A DNA stretch of 64,000 bases from Zootoca vivipara. Taxonomy: Eukaryota. This document shows, piece after piece, positions 1 through 11,045 of this stretch. Position numbers and translations under genes: made by a program. A model generated the notes under the pieces. The model did no database searches and was not told the origin of the DNA. It worked only from the letters and a program-made list of their open reading frames with translations. How positions within the stretch are numbered: position 1 is the first letter of the stretch; each line of letters starts with the position of its first letter. The stretch is taken from contig NC_083281.1 of NCBI RefSeq assembly GCF_963506605.1, positions 44,268,001 to 44,332,000 on the forward strand, read 5' to 3'.

Positions 1-172
1 GCCGTTTACCTTCCCGCCAGAGCGGTACCTATTTATCTACTTGCACTTTGTGCTTTCGAACTGCTAGGTTGGCAGGAGCTGGGACTGAGCAAATGGAACT
101 CACCCCATTGCGGGGATTCGAACCACTGACCTTCTGATTGGCAAGCCCTAGGCTCTGTGGTTTAACCCACAG
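1..172 (-). mobile_element. Sauria SINE, 5' (tRNA-related) part, cut by the window edge
   Basis: Reverse complement reads CTGTGGGTTAAACCACAGAGCCTAGGGCTTGCC...GGTTCGAATCCCCGC...CCTAGCAGTTCGAAAGCAC. It matches the full copy at 26835-27153. Confidence 0.9.
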
Positions 173-804
173 GTAGTCACTTTATTTATTGAAGTGTAGC
201 TTCTGCAAGAGGCTAAACGGAAGCTGTAAAAACCAAGCAATCCAAAGAAGCCATCATCTGAGCAGAAGCCCCAGCGAAAGCGGGTCACTTCAAATGGGCT
301 CAGCTGGAGTTCCCTCTCCTCCCTACATTGTAATTCTTATGCTCTTCAGGCCTGCAGTCTTGAAACTATAAAAATCTTATTTCTATAAGGGCTTTATTGT
401 TGTCCAGATAGTCAATAGTGTCATTTCTATTCAGATCGTTTGGTGGGGAAGTTGGAGGAAATGAGCCAGACAGGGGAGGGCTATAAATAAGGCACATTTG
501 TGTGGCTGCTGGCCCAACGGCTGGTTTTTGAAAGTGGCAGCAGGAGCAGAGATGTCACTTTGAGAAGAGCTTGGATCGCTGTAATTTGGGCCATGGCTGG
601 TGCATCCCCCATGAATGAGGGGTGCATTTGCTAAGAGTTCAGGCCACGGCAAAAGCGGAACTCGTGTTTTGGAAAGGGGGGGGGGTAGAGAAAGAATCAG
701 ACATCTCAATCGTACGCAGAAAGCAGCACTCCAGATAGGGAGACAAATCACCCAAGATGCTTGACCCAGAGCTGGAAGGTGTGAAGAGGAGTCAGGAAGA
801 GGGT

Positions 805-1205
805 CAGGAAACCAAGCCTTATGAAGCGGAGTAGTTGAGAAAGTTGGGTCTCTTTAGCCCGGAGAAGAGAAGACTGAGAAGGGTATGACAGCCACCTTTA
901 AAGATCTGAAGGGCTGTCCCATGGAGGATGGAGCAAGCTTGTTCTCTGCTCCTCCAGAGGAGAGGATCCCAACCAATGGATTCTAATGACAAGAAAGGAA
1001 ATTCTGACGAACGTTCGGGTGGGAAGAGCTGTTAAACAGTGGAACAGATTCCCTTGGAAGGTGGTGGACTCTGCTTCCTTGGTGTTTTTAAAGCAGAGGT
1101 TGGATGGCCATCTGTCAGGGTTTGTTTTTTTTTAGTTGTGATTCCTTCATTGCAGGGGGTTGTACTAAATGACAGTCCCTTCCAACTCTACAGTTCTATG
1201 ATTCT
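805..1205 (+). mobile_element. CR1 LINE 3' fragment
   Basis: Degenerate ORF2 C-terminus (EKRRLR motif), GGGGGTTGTACTAAATGAC 3'UTR motif and TTCTATGATTCT tail. Confidence 0.85.
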
Positions 1206-3303
1206 TTGATTGTATGGCATGACCCACTGCAGCAAACTCCTTGCAAAACATTGGCATTGAACCCACCAGATCTTCAGCCAACAGAACATACCTTCATAGG
1301 TGGGCCATTGGCTTGATCTAGCCAATGTTCTTATCTGGATTGAGCTCTGCTTGTTCACCCTTATCTCCCCCCCCCCCCCAAATCACTTCCAGTCACTTGT
1401 TCAAGAGTTCCACAGCTCTGGGATAAGCAGGTGGAGAAAGAACTGTGTGTGATCCACATATGGATGACCGCTCAACATAGTCCTGAGTCCTCTGTTTCCT
1501 AGCCGCCTCATGCAGTTTTTGAATAGCGGAGTGGATAAGAAGGAACCTTGAAACACCTTGTTGGCCAAAAGTCACAGGCTGGGACAGAAGGCCACACTTA
1601 GACTCTTCTGCCACCAGCAGCCCCCTCTGGGAGATCAACATCTAAAGAAGGCTGGGGGCAATGCAATACTATGTCTGCCCAGACCCAAAGCCCAATTCAG
1701 CCAGTTGGCCCTGAAGGATACCATGACTGATGATATCCAAAGCCTCTAAGAGAACCAGTAAGGAAGCCCCATCTCCCCTCCCCATCCATTCTTTGACCTA
1801 AGGGACCGCCAGACTGTCCAGGCTGTTCCTATCCCAAATCCAGGCCTGAGGTCAGGTTGAAATGGACCCAAATCACCACCATCTAGTGCTCCCTGGAGTT
1901 GAGAAGGTATATTTATACTAGTCCAGTAATACTGGATTTCTCAGCCAGCTTAGCTACAGGCTGCATTTCCACAGAAGTCTAAGCTCAGCCATACAATAAT
2001 TACAATGCATAATTGAAATCGTAATATGGCTGTAGCACTAACGTTGAACAATTAACAATACGTTTAAAACATATGAAATGAAATTAAGGGTGAATAAAGC
2101 TTCCCCAAAGGCCAGTTAAGACCCCAATGTAATCCTCAAGCTGATGACATTAGTAACTAGCAACCCCCTTCTCACTTGACCTGGACCCCAAAGGCGGGAA
2201 ACCCATCACAGTTCTTCCTACCTACCTGTTCCCTTGCAGAGGCCCCGAGGAAAGGGTATGTGTGAAAGCAGCCACATCCCACCCCACCCCATGGGAAACA
2301 CACAAGTCTCCCCTCCTCTTATTGGAACCTGCTTTGCAGGAACCATTTGCATAGGGGGGGACGGGAATGTGTGCACAAATAAATAAATTAATGAGTGAGG
2401 TGCCTCTCTGGGGCAACGACCCCCCTCCCCCAACAAACCCCACATTGGTGTGAGGAGAGCTCACCTGCCAGAAAGCATGTGTTGGGCCTGGTTATTTGGG
2501 CAATGCAAAGTCTCAGATGGCCCCCAGAAATGCCCACCTGTGATTTCCTCCCAAACTTGTGCTTTCATTTTCCTTCTGAACCAGAAGACAGCTGTGCAAT
2601 ACAGCGAATAATTACGAAGGCCTCTAATTGCTTAATTGGGGTGTTAATTGTCTGCACAGCAACCTTCCACCTCACAAGCTCTTCCCTGCTCAGCACTTGA
2701 GGACTTGCAGTGAGTGGGCCATCCTTCCCCACTCCTGCAGGTGAAACTGAAAGGTAGGGAGGGGATTTAGGACACCCAACATGTGCATACCCTTCAGCCT
2801 TCCTCAGATGAAAGTTGGGGCATTTCTCACTCCCTCACAACTGACCCTCCTCGACATCTCATTTTTGTCCCGTCCCCCACAGGAGAGCATTTCCTATCTG
2901 AAGAAGGGAGAGTACCACCAATACTTCACCAATGGGACCCAGCGCATACCCCCTCCCCTGTCCTGAGAAAACCCCTCAATCCTGATCTTATTTTAGTTTA
3001 TTATTTGGTAGATTGACAAAAGGAAAAACACACACCAATAAATAAATGTTAGAAAGGGGCAAGATTAAACCCGGATGCACAAAGCACTTAAAAATAAATA
3101 AATTGAGATTCCTTGCGCTCTGCTCCACTTCCTCTTTCTTCCCACCCAGGGCAGCCCTGCACTCTGCCTGCACCTCAGAGCTGACGTGTCATAGGATACC
3201 GGGCCTCGGTGGTGGCGGCAGCCTCTCCTCCTCGCCTGCTCTCCAGCACCACTTAAATGTCCTTGTCAGGCTCCCAAAAGTATGAACTAGGTTGCAAGAC
3301 ATA

Positions 3304-3521
3304 CAGTGGTACCTCTGGTTACGAACTAAATTCGTTCTGGAGGTCCGTTCTTTACCTGAAACCGTTCTTAACCTGAGGTACCACTTTAGCTAATGGGGCC
3401 TCCTGCTGCCGTTGGCGCATGATTTCTGTTCTCATCCTGAGGTAAAGTTCTTAACCTGAGGCATTACTTCCAGGTTAGTGGAATCTGTAACCCGAAGTGT
3501 TTGTAACCTGAGGTAACACTG
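3304..3521. mobile_element. Tc1/mariner (Tigger/pogo-like) MITE
   Basis: TA|CAGTGGTACCTC ... GAGGTAACACTG terminal inverted repeats and internal TTAACCTGAGG repeats. Confidence 0.75.
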
Positions 3522-3530
3522 AACTACTAT

Positions 3531-3885
3531 TGTAAGTGATGGTGTCCACCAGGCTATTGGACAGGCCTTTCCTCAACCCCATCACCTAACTGCTAGGTAG
3601 GAGAACAATAGCCAGTGTGGCGTGTGAGCTGGAAGCAGGCTGGAAGCTGGAGGCACAGAGCCATGCCTGATCTGTGCTGGATCCAAAGCTGTGACTGATG
3701 GGGAAGCAAGATCTGCTGGAGTGTCAATGCTGTAAGCCCCTCCATCTTATGCTCAGGTTGTGTATATCTTTGCATATATCCTAAAGACACCGCATTCTTC
3801 ACTGACTTTCATTCCAAGGAAACTGAACCAGGGTAGGTGTGTGGAACCCCTGAAGTCTCACACAGCTGGGGGGTAGAATGTAACA
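3531..3885 (+). mobile_element. Probable solo LTR (family shared with 52750-53087)
   Basis: Starts TG and ends TGTAACA. About 200 bp is clearly homologous to 52860-53087 (GATCCAAAGCTGTGACT...GCCCCTCCATCTTAT.CTCAGGTTGT...CAAGGAAACTGAAC). The start boundary is uncertain. Confidence 0.5.
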
Positions 3886-5372
3886 ATATCTACCCCAGAA
3901 TGGGTCCATGGAACCCTTCACCTTTTTTTAAAAAAAATAGCAGTGGGGGGCAATTTCTTCCTTATTGATTGCTTTTTGTAATCAAGTCTAACAAATGGAA
4001 CTTCTCTTCAGTGATTTTCCCAGCTACCCTGATAGAAAGCTAACCTTGTTATATTTATTGACAGAACATTGAAATAAATATTATAGGTCTAGAGGGAATG
4101 TTTCATCTCATTGATTTTTTTTTAAAAGAAACAAATGGAGCGCCTTCCTCTTGGCATTTTATGCTAAGAATCATCTGAAAAACTGCTCAGCTTGATCAAA
4201 TGCAAGACCCCAAACATCTCCTGCCAACTCCCCAAGATGTGGGGCGCCTTTTCATTCATCTGACAGTGACCAACCAATCCACCCCCAATTTCAATAGTTT
4301 CTAGGGTTCTTTCCTTTTATCTTTCCAGGACACTGAAAGGAGAGGGGTCTTGGCTTCTTTGACTGTGGGGGGGGGCAGGGAAGGAAGGGGGCTAAATAAA
4401 GCCTTTGCTGGCTACATGTGAGAGGTTTCCACCTTCTGGGTGGAGGAGCAGGAGAGCATTTTGCCAATCCTTCTGGTGTTCTGGGCTCTACAATATCCTC
4501 TGAGCCTTTCCTGCTAGGAAGGAAAAATGGACCTTTTGCATGGGGCAGAGTTTTGAGGAATGGCATGGAAAGATCTCAGGAAGAATGCAGGCCGAGAGCC
4601 TCATCTAGGTAAATGGCCAGTAGGTGGGCGATGCACAAGCTCAGTTCCCTGACTCAGCAACACCAACAAAAGGCATCTCTGCTTCCCTCTGCTCAGAAAC
4701 TCATTGTTTCGGGGCACAGAGAAGCCCCACGTGATTTTCCCAGCCTGGGTGTCCATTGTGCTTTTGCACAGCAAGGAGAAGCTGGAGATGCATCTCCTCC
4801 TCTTCCTCCTCCTCGGTTGAGGGTGACTTTCCCCTGCTTGCTGTCTCTGGCTGCAGTCTGGCCTAATTGGCAGGGCATCACCTGGCTAATCAGCCCTTGA
4901 CGAGAGGGTGCTTGGTGCTTGAATGCTGTGCTTCTGCAGTGCCCTGAAGATGGGAACTTGCTGGAAAGAGGGGCTGACAAGCTACAACAAAAACAGAGGG
5001 GTGGGGGAGAGGAGGAGGAGGAGGAGAGAAATCCATTTTTAAAGATAACCTGGAGGCAAATATAATATTTATACTTGCAGCTCCCTCATAAACCCCCAAA
5101 CATGTCTAATGAGGTGCAATTGCAAAATGGCTGAGTCCTGTGCGGTGGCCTCCTAGGCAGTCAACACGGATCTTGAATTTTCAACTATCCAAGTGCTGCA
5201 GGCTAAACTCCTCGGATGCGCCTGGGAAGCGTGGCAGGCGGCCCTCCCTCCCAGTGGGATTCAGCCACAGAAATGCCAGTCCAGGGGAAATGAGGAGGAG
5301 GTTGACACAAAGAATTGCTTGGGCAATTAGTGGGCTCATGGCCTCCTTGCTCCTCGGTGTATCATGTGGGTC

Positions 5373-5640
5373 ATAAGAACATGAGAAGAATAGTACAGCT
5401 GCTGGGTCAGGCCAACGGCCCATCTAGTCCAGCACTTTGTCCTCACAGGGACCAGTCAGATGCTTGTGGGAAATCCTCAAGTAGGGCCATAGCAGAAGAG
5501 CAACAGACTCTTCCTGTGGTTTCCAGCAACTGGTCTTCAGAATCATGACGGAGGCAGAGCATAGCCACCCTTGCTAGTAGCCGTTGATAGCTTTACCCTC
5601 CTCCACGAATCTTTCCAATCCTCCTTTAAAGCCACCCAGG
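5373..5640 (-). mobile_element. CR1-type LINE 3' fragment (TTCTTATG-tail subfamily)
   Basis: CATAAGAACATGAGAAG...GGCCCATCTAGTCCAGC...TCCAATCCTCCTTTAAAGCC. Homologous to 12245, 21350, 41250 and 48465. Confidence 0.7.
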
Positions 5641-6158
5641 TTTCAAAGGACAGCGGAAAGTTGCCTGCAACCTGCTGACAGGGCTGTGTGTGAGATGCAC
5701 AATTCCCCACTGGAATCTGATCCTCACCAGGGGAGCGTCCTGTGTAGGACCGCAGGGGTGGAGATGTGGAATGAAAGTGCCAATCAAGTTTCAGGGACAG
5801 TTCTCAGGGCCTTGATGAGAGAGCCTTTATTGTTGTCAGTCACTGGAAATCTTCACCTCTATTTGGAATGCAAAGACCAAAACACAAAGTGGCTGTAGAC
5901 CCCCCCCTCCCCCACCTGCAATCTGGGGATATAGGCAGTACAGTATATGACATTCCAAAGTTGTCATGCCATTTACACCCACTATTCATTTCGAGTAGTA
6001 TTCATATGACACCTTTCGTAAAACAAGATGGCAGTTTGCAATGGAAATCCAACAATATTAAATAATTAAAAGTTGAATCCCCCTCCCCATGTGCATGGAA
6101 ATGCTAATATGGAAGGGAGGGGGCATTCAGATGAGCTAGGGCTTACCTAGAGAGAGTG

Positions 6159-6440
6159 TGCCAGTGTGGTGTAGTGGTTAAGAGCGGTAGATTCGTAATC
6201 TGGGGAACCGGGTTCGCGTCTCTGCTCCTCCACATGCAGCTGCTGAGTGACCTTGGGCTAGTCACACTTCTCTGAAGTCTCTCAGCCCCACTCACCTCAC
6301 AGGGTGTCTGTTGTGGGGGTGGAGGGGAAAGGAGAATGTTAGCCGTTTTGAGACTCCTTCGGGTAGTGATAAAGCGGGATATCAAATCCAAACTCTCCTT
6401 CTCCTTCTCCTTCTCCTTCTCCTTCTCCTTCTCCTTCTTC
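6159..6440 (+). mobile_element. tRNA-derived SINE (Squam3-like) with (TCTCCT)n tail
   Basis: A box TGGTGTAGTGGTTAAG, B box GGTTCGCGTCT, central GTGACCTTGGGCTAGTCAC and a microsatellite tail. Near-identical copies at 32827 and 49081. Confidence 0.85.
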
Positions 6441-7609
6441 AGATATCGGATCCAGCAGACAGAGTCCTTTTGCTAGTCTGAAATGGATTCTCCTCCCCAC
6501 TCCCCAGCCCACCAGGGGTGGAAACACCCAGATCCCAGGACCACCTTTGCCTCCAGTCCCTGCAGGTGGTACGGGTGGGAGAGGCGTCAGTGCTGCCCCA
6601 CCGGCTCACTGCAGCAAATATTAATAAAGCTGTGCTATGAATAATTAACTGTCATTTAAATATTCATATGTTGTTGGGGCAAGGCCTTTTATCAGGCATT
6701 TGAGGATATATTAGTGAAACATGATGTATTTCACCAAGGCCGATGTTATCCTTAAAGAGCTCCCCTCCTGTACGGAGCAGTGAGAAGGGAGAGGGAATGG
6801 CCAGTTGACAGGTTGCAAATATATAACTGTAATATCCCCTTGCAATTTCATAAACGGCTGCTGCGTATGAGCAAACCTAGAACAATATTGGAAGCATTAA
6901 TTTCATTTGGCTAATGCTTATTTATATTTCATACATTGAAGCCTTCCTTAAAAGGAGCCCCTTTGGAAGGCACAGTGGGGGGAGGGTGGCTGGGCAGCCC
7001 AAGGGCCTGTGTCCCTCCTCCCTGCCTTGAAGACAACAGATGCTTTAGGTCTTTGCACCCACAGAATCACAGAACTGTAGAGTTGGAAGGGACCCCAAAG
7101 GTCATGTAACACTCCATGTCAGAGAGTTAGCAGCATTCTGCAAGGGACCCTCTACAACCACAAGCAAATTGCAGGCCACTTCTCCAGTCCACATACAGGC
7201 TCTGGGATTTCCACAGGTGACTTTGCTTTACTTTAATTTATTTAGATTCTGTTTTTCCACGGGAAACCATGTCCCAAGGGGGCTCCCCATAAACGTCCGC
7301 TAATTATGAGAACACCAGCAGCTTTGCATTTGGCACAGCTCAGGAATTCTAAGGACACCCCCCCCCAAAAAAAAATACTTTATTTTATTTTTAAAACAGG
7401 GGTTAAAATCAGTGGTTTTGTAAAGTTCATCCCTATGTCGTGATTCAAAATGGAATTCCAGCTTTTGGAAAGACAGGCAAAAACTTGCTCCTTGATCTCA
7501 GGAACCACCATGCAAAATCTGGTTTTGATAGCATGTGAGGTGTCCAAATGGTCAGGAAAGCTTTCCAAAATATATCGTAGGTGCAATGTATTTTCTTCTT
7601 CTTCTTCTT

Positions 7610-9411
7610 TTTAATCAATCAACTTTATTTAATCAATAAAAAACCAGCAATTCCAGGAGTCGAATATCAAAGTATTTTTTTGCATTGTATGTTCAGGAAA
7701 ATGGTCCATCAAAATAACCAAATTCCCTTCATTGGTGCAGGTTAAGAATTTGTACCTAAAGTGTAAGAAATGAAGTCCCACCATATAACAAAGAACATTT
7801 CCGGGTCTCCTAGTTCATTGAAGACCTTTAAATGGTGGGTCGTCTTCTTCAAAATTGTCAGTGTCCACACAAACACCACATTTCTCAACGTTCCCCTTCA
7901 CATCAGAGTTGTCTTTGGAGTTTTGGCCTGAGCACTCTCAGCATATGGTGAGTTTAGTAGTATTTTGTATGTTGCAAATGCCATGTTTTCATCTTGTTTT
8001 AAAACTGCATTGTGGCTTATTTGTTGGTGCATATTTTTGCAACCGCTTTGTGAAGCCTTCTGTTCAAAAAGCAGCCTATTAAAAAAAACCAAAGCAAAAA
8101 ATATATACCATAAATTATATTCAAATAGGTGATAACCATTGTTAGACATACTCATTGTAGACTCATTGAAATGAATGCGCCCACATCTTAAAGGCGACAG
8201 TCTTCCTGATAGCAAACAGGTGTAGCTGTGGCAGCAGATTACTCTGGAATAAATGTTCCTGGAGAGAAGGGAGCACATTTCTGAGTTCACGTGTTGTGCG
8301 CATTTGCAATGCTTCGCTGCTCTCCCTCCTAAAATACTAATGATTTAAGGAATTTCAAAATTCAGCACACAGAGTGAAATCTGCCCTAAGCAAATTGCAG
8401 GATCCGGGTCCCAAGCAAGTCGGACCGTTCTGTTGTCCCAGCCAATTAAGAATAATTGGCAGACAAGTGCCGAGTGCGGATTTCGTGCATGGATGCAGCT
8501 GGGATAAGCACTTTCCCTGTTAAACAGCCAGGTAGCCAAGAGTACAAGATCTGGGATGCTTAAAGGGCACCAGTGGGTCCTCCCTCTCACCTGACTGCAT
8601 CAGAAATAATGGAAATCAAAATCTGAAGGAGAAGCACATCAGGTAAATGCCAACTCTAAAGATGTGCTAATGGGGGGGGACCAAACACCCTTGGTAGCTC
8701 TCATGGGGGGTGGGCTCAGTCAGGACAGGGGGGCTCGCTCAGCTGCCTGTATCCCCTGGCCAGAAAGCCTGTCCACCTATCCACTTACCCACCCTTCCTG
8801 CTTGTGGAAAGGAACTGGGCTGAGCCTCACCAGGAGCAGAACGCTGGGCTGTGACTGAGTCCCACATTTCCCTGCTTCTGCAGGCAGCCTCAGATCCAAA
8901 CTTGGTTCTTTAAAACATGCAAAACTCACCAATGAGCCAGCTGCCGTCTATGTACAAGCACCAGTGGGATGTGAAATTGCTGCATCACTGTGGACTCTAA
9001 ATGACAATAAACCTTCCACCTCTTATAAATTAAGCAGGCTTTCAAAAAAAATGATATTTGCCGCTGCAACTTTTTATGGCTGTTTGGTAACTTTAATCAT
9101 TTCGCAAAATGCAATTCCTAGCCATAAATCCTCAGCCAAGTACAGATTTAAGGAGATCTAGAGGACTGCAGTGGGCTGAGAGGTAGGTTTTAATCTGACA
9201 AGGCCAAAAAGTCGATTAGATTTATACCAATGCAGCAGCTATGCTGTAATTGCAGTAGGGCAGGCTGAACCAAAATTTGGGACATCAGGAAGGGAAATTG
9301 CAAGCTGGAGAAGGGGGCAGGGAAGCATTACTTAACCTGATCTAGGCAATTTATGGGGAGCAGCCTCCATCAAAAAGACCCAGGACTTACTTGAAACACA
9401 GGGTCTTTCAT
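7610..9411 (-). other. Candidate spliced transcript (exons ..-9391, 8996-8930, 8622-8591, 8258-8152, 8075-~7610); possible 72-aa ORF
   Basis: Four successive GT-AG introns with pyrimidine tracts (donors GTAAGT, GTGAGT, GTGAGA, GTATGT), a 76-bp last intron and minus-strand AATAAA at 7624-7629. No homology recognised. Confidence 0.35.
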
Positions 9412-9435
9412 GCTTAGGAGACTGGTAGCCAGCAA

Positions 9436-9699
9436 CAAGGGTGGCCCAACCTGTTTTGCCGCCTGAGGCGAAATGGGAAGGTTGCCCCCTGCTGCTTTCC
9501 CCTGCCCTCCACCCCCCACATTGAAGCCTTGCTTATCAGGGTCACACAGTGATCATGAGATCTCAAGAAGCTTTTTCTTCTCCTCGCTTCTCTGGTGCTG
9601 GCAGCAGGGGCAGGCAGGTTGCCTACAAGAGCACTGTTCCATGGGATACTGCCGCCCGAGGCAGCTGCCTCAGTCTGCCTCATGGGCAGGCCGGCCCTG
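9436..9699. mobile_element. hAT (Tip100-like) MITE
   Basis: Ends CAAGGGTGGCCC / GGCCGGCCCTG, 8-bp TSD GCCAGCAA/GTCAGCAA (7/8) and subterminal GCCGCC(T/C)GAGGC repeats. Confidence 0.7.
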
Positions 9700-10129
9700 G
9701 TCAGCAAAACTGCAGTCTGAACTTTTGTGCATGGGGATCAATCTCAAGCCATTTCCACCCACTGCCCAGGGCTGGATGAACCATTGGACACCTTCTGTTT
9801 AAGCCCCCTTTTGCAGGGCTTGCAGTTTCCCAGCTCTGCCACAAAGGGGGGACATTGGGCCAGTCAGTCTCTCTTAGGGCCCCTCCAGACAACCTGTTAA
9901 TTGATCCGTCATCCTGATTTGCTGGCAGCAGGCTGACAAAGAGGTGAGATTATAACTATTTGTCTTTATAGGTTTGTGGGAGCAGGAAGAGCCTTTGTTC
10001 TGCATCCATCCCCAGCATGCTTGCAGGGAGTTTAAACATCATGCCATTAATCACCAGTTCATCCCACACAACTGAATGCCTTTCCCCATTGCTTTCCAAA
10101 CAGCAGAAAGCCTGATTCTTTTTCATAGA

Positions 10130-10266
10130 TCTAGTTACAGGTAGGTAGCCGTGTTGGTCTGGCGTAGTCGAAACAAAATAAAAAATTCCTTCCAGTAGCA
10201 CCTTAGAGACCAACTAAGTTTGTCATTGGTATGAGCTTTCATGCGCATGCACACTTCTTCAGATAC
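10130..10266 (-). mobile_element. Penelope-like element terminal (pLTR) fragment
   Basis: Shared sequence CTAGTTACAGGTAGGTAGCCGTGTTGGTCTG...GCACCTTAGAGACCAACTAAGTTTG...CTTCTTCAGATAC, flanked by the duplication TTTTTCATAGA. Five copies in the window. Confidence 0.75.
10229..10266 (-). ncRNA. Minimal type-I hammerhead ribozyme motif
   Basis: Minus strand GUAU CUGAAGA A GUGUG CAUG CGCAU GAAA GC UC AUAC. Core intact, stem II held by G-U pairs. Confidence 0.7.
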
Positions 10267-10552
10267 TTTTTTCATAGAGTCATAGTGGGAAGAATGGGAT
10301 CGCTCCCACAAAATAATTACACCCACAGGGGGCAGGAGACGCTTAGCCCTGTTTTAGCATCACTGGGTTGTCATTGTGAAACTAGGGGTGAGGAAGGAAA
10401 AGCAGTGTGTGTGTGTGTTTATGTTTGTTTGCGTGTGCACATGTCATCTTGAAACCCTTGGAGGAATGTAACGTCAGGCCATTTATGGGGAAAAGAGAGA
10501 GAGGCTCAGTAAGGCATTTTAAAGGCAGCTGGCTGGCTTGTGAGGCCAAGTT

Positions 10553-10777
10553 GAGAGCCAGTGTGGTGTAATGTCAGACCAGGACCTGGGAGAGACCAGG
10601 GTTCAAATCCACACTTGGCCAGTATGCTCACTGAGTGACCTTGGGCCTGTCATTGCCTCTCAGCCTAACCTACCTCATAGGATCGTTGTGGGGATTAAAT
10701 TAGTAAGGGAGAACCATGTACACCATCTTGAGGTCCTTGGAGGATAAAAAAGGTGGGGTAGAAATGCAATAAATAAA
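10553..10777 (+). mobile_element. Older tRNA-derived SINE (Squam3/CORE-like)
   Basis: GAGAGCCAGTGTGGTGTA head, GGGTTCAAATCC B box, GTGACCTTGGGC core and AATAAATAAA tail. Confidence 0.7.
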
Positions 10778-10786
10778 ACAACCAAC

Positions 10787-11045
10787 TGGATAGCTTAGGT
10801 GGTTAGAGCATGGTGCTGCTAACACCAAGGCTACAAGTTTGATTCTCTTATGGGACAGCTTCATATTCCTGCATTGCAGGGGGTTGGACTAGATCAGGCA
10901 TCCCCAAATTTTGGCCCCCCAGATGTTTTGGACTACAATTCCCATCTTCCCCGACCACTGATCCTGTTAGCTAGGGATAATGGGAGTTGTAGGCCAAAAC
11001 ACCTGGAGGGCCGCAGTTTGGGGATGCCTGGACTAGATGATTCTC
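10787..11045 (+). mobile_element. tRNA-headed SINE with CR1-derived tail, interrupted by a hAT MITE
   Basis: TAGCTTAGGTGGTTAGAGCATGGTGCTGCTAACACCAAGG head followed by ATTCCTGCATTGCAGGGGGTTGGACTAGAT|GA CR1-type tail. Confidence 0.65.
10895..11030. mobile_element. hAT-Charlie MITE (136 bp)
   Basis: TIR CAGGCATCCCCAAA / TTTGGGGATGCCTG and perfect 8-bp TSD GACTAGAT (10887-10894, 11031-11038). Confidence 0.92.

Noticed and set aside
1393-1641. Protein-like ORF (LLIHSAIQKLHEAARKQRTQDYVERS) as a coding exon
   Set aside because: No recognisable family, weak splice sites and no phase-linked neighbouring exons.
2883-3045. Plus-strand terminal exon after a strong acceptor (CCCCCACAG) with AATAAA
   Set aside because: Isolated. 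Neither frame is recognisable and no convincing upstream exon chain was found.
6159-6235. tRNA genes at 6159, 10787, 32827 and 49081
   Set aside because: A and B boxes are present but there is no cloverleaf, and each continues into a SINE body and tail.
8152-8258. CCHSYT as a CC-chemokine
   Set aside because: Cysteine spacing and intron phases (2 then 1) do not fit CC-chemokine genes, so no family was assigned.
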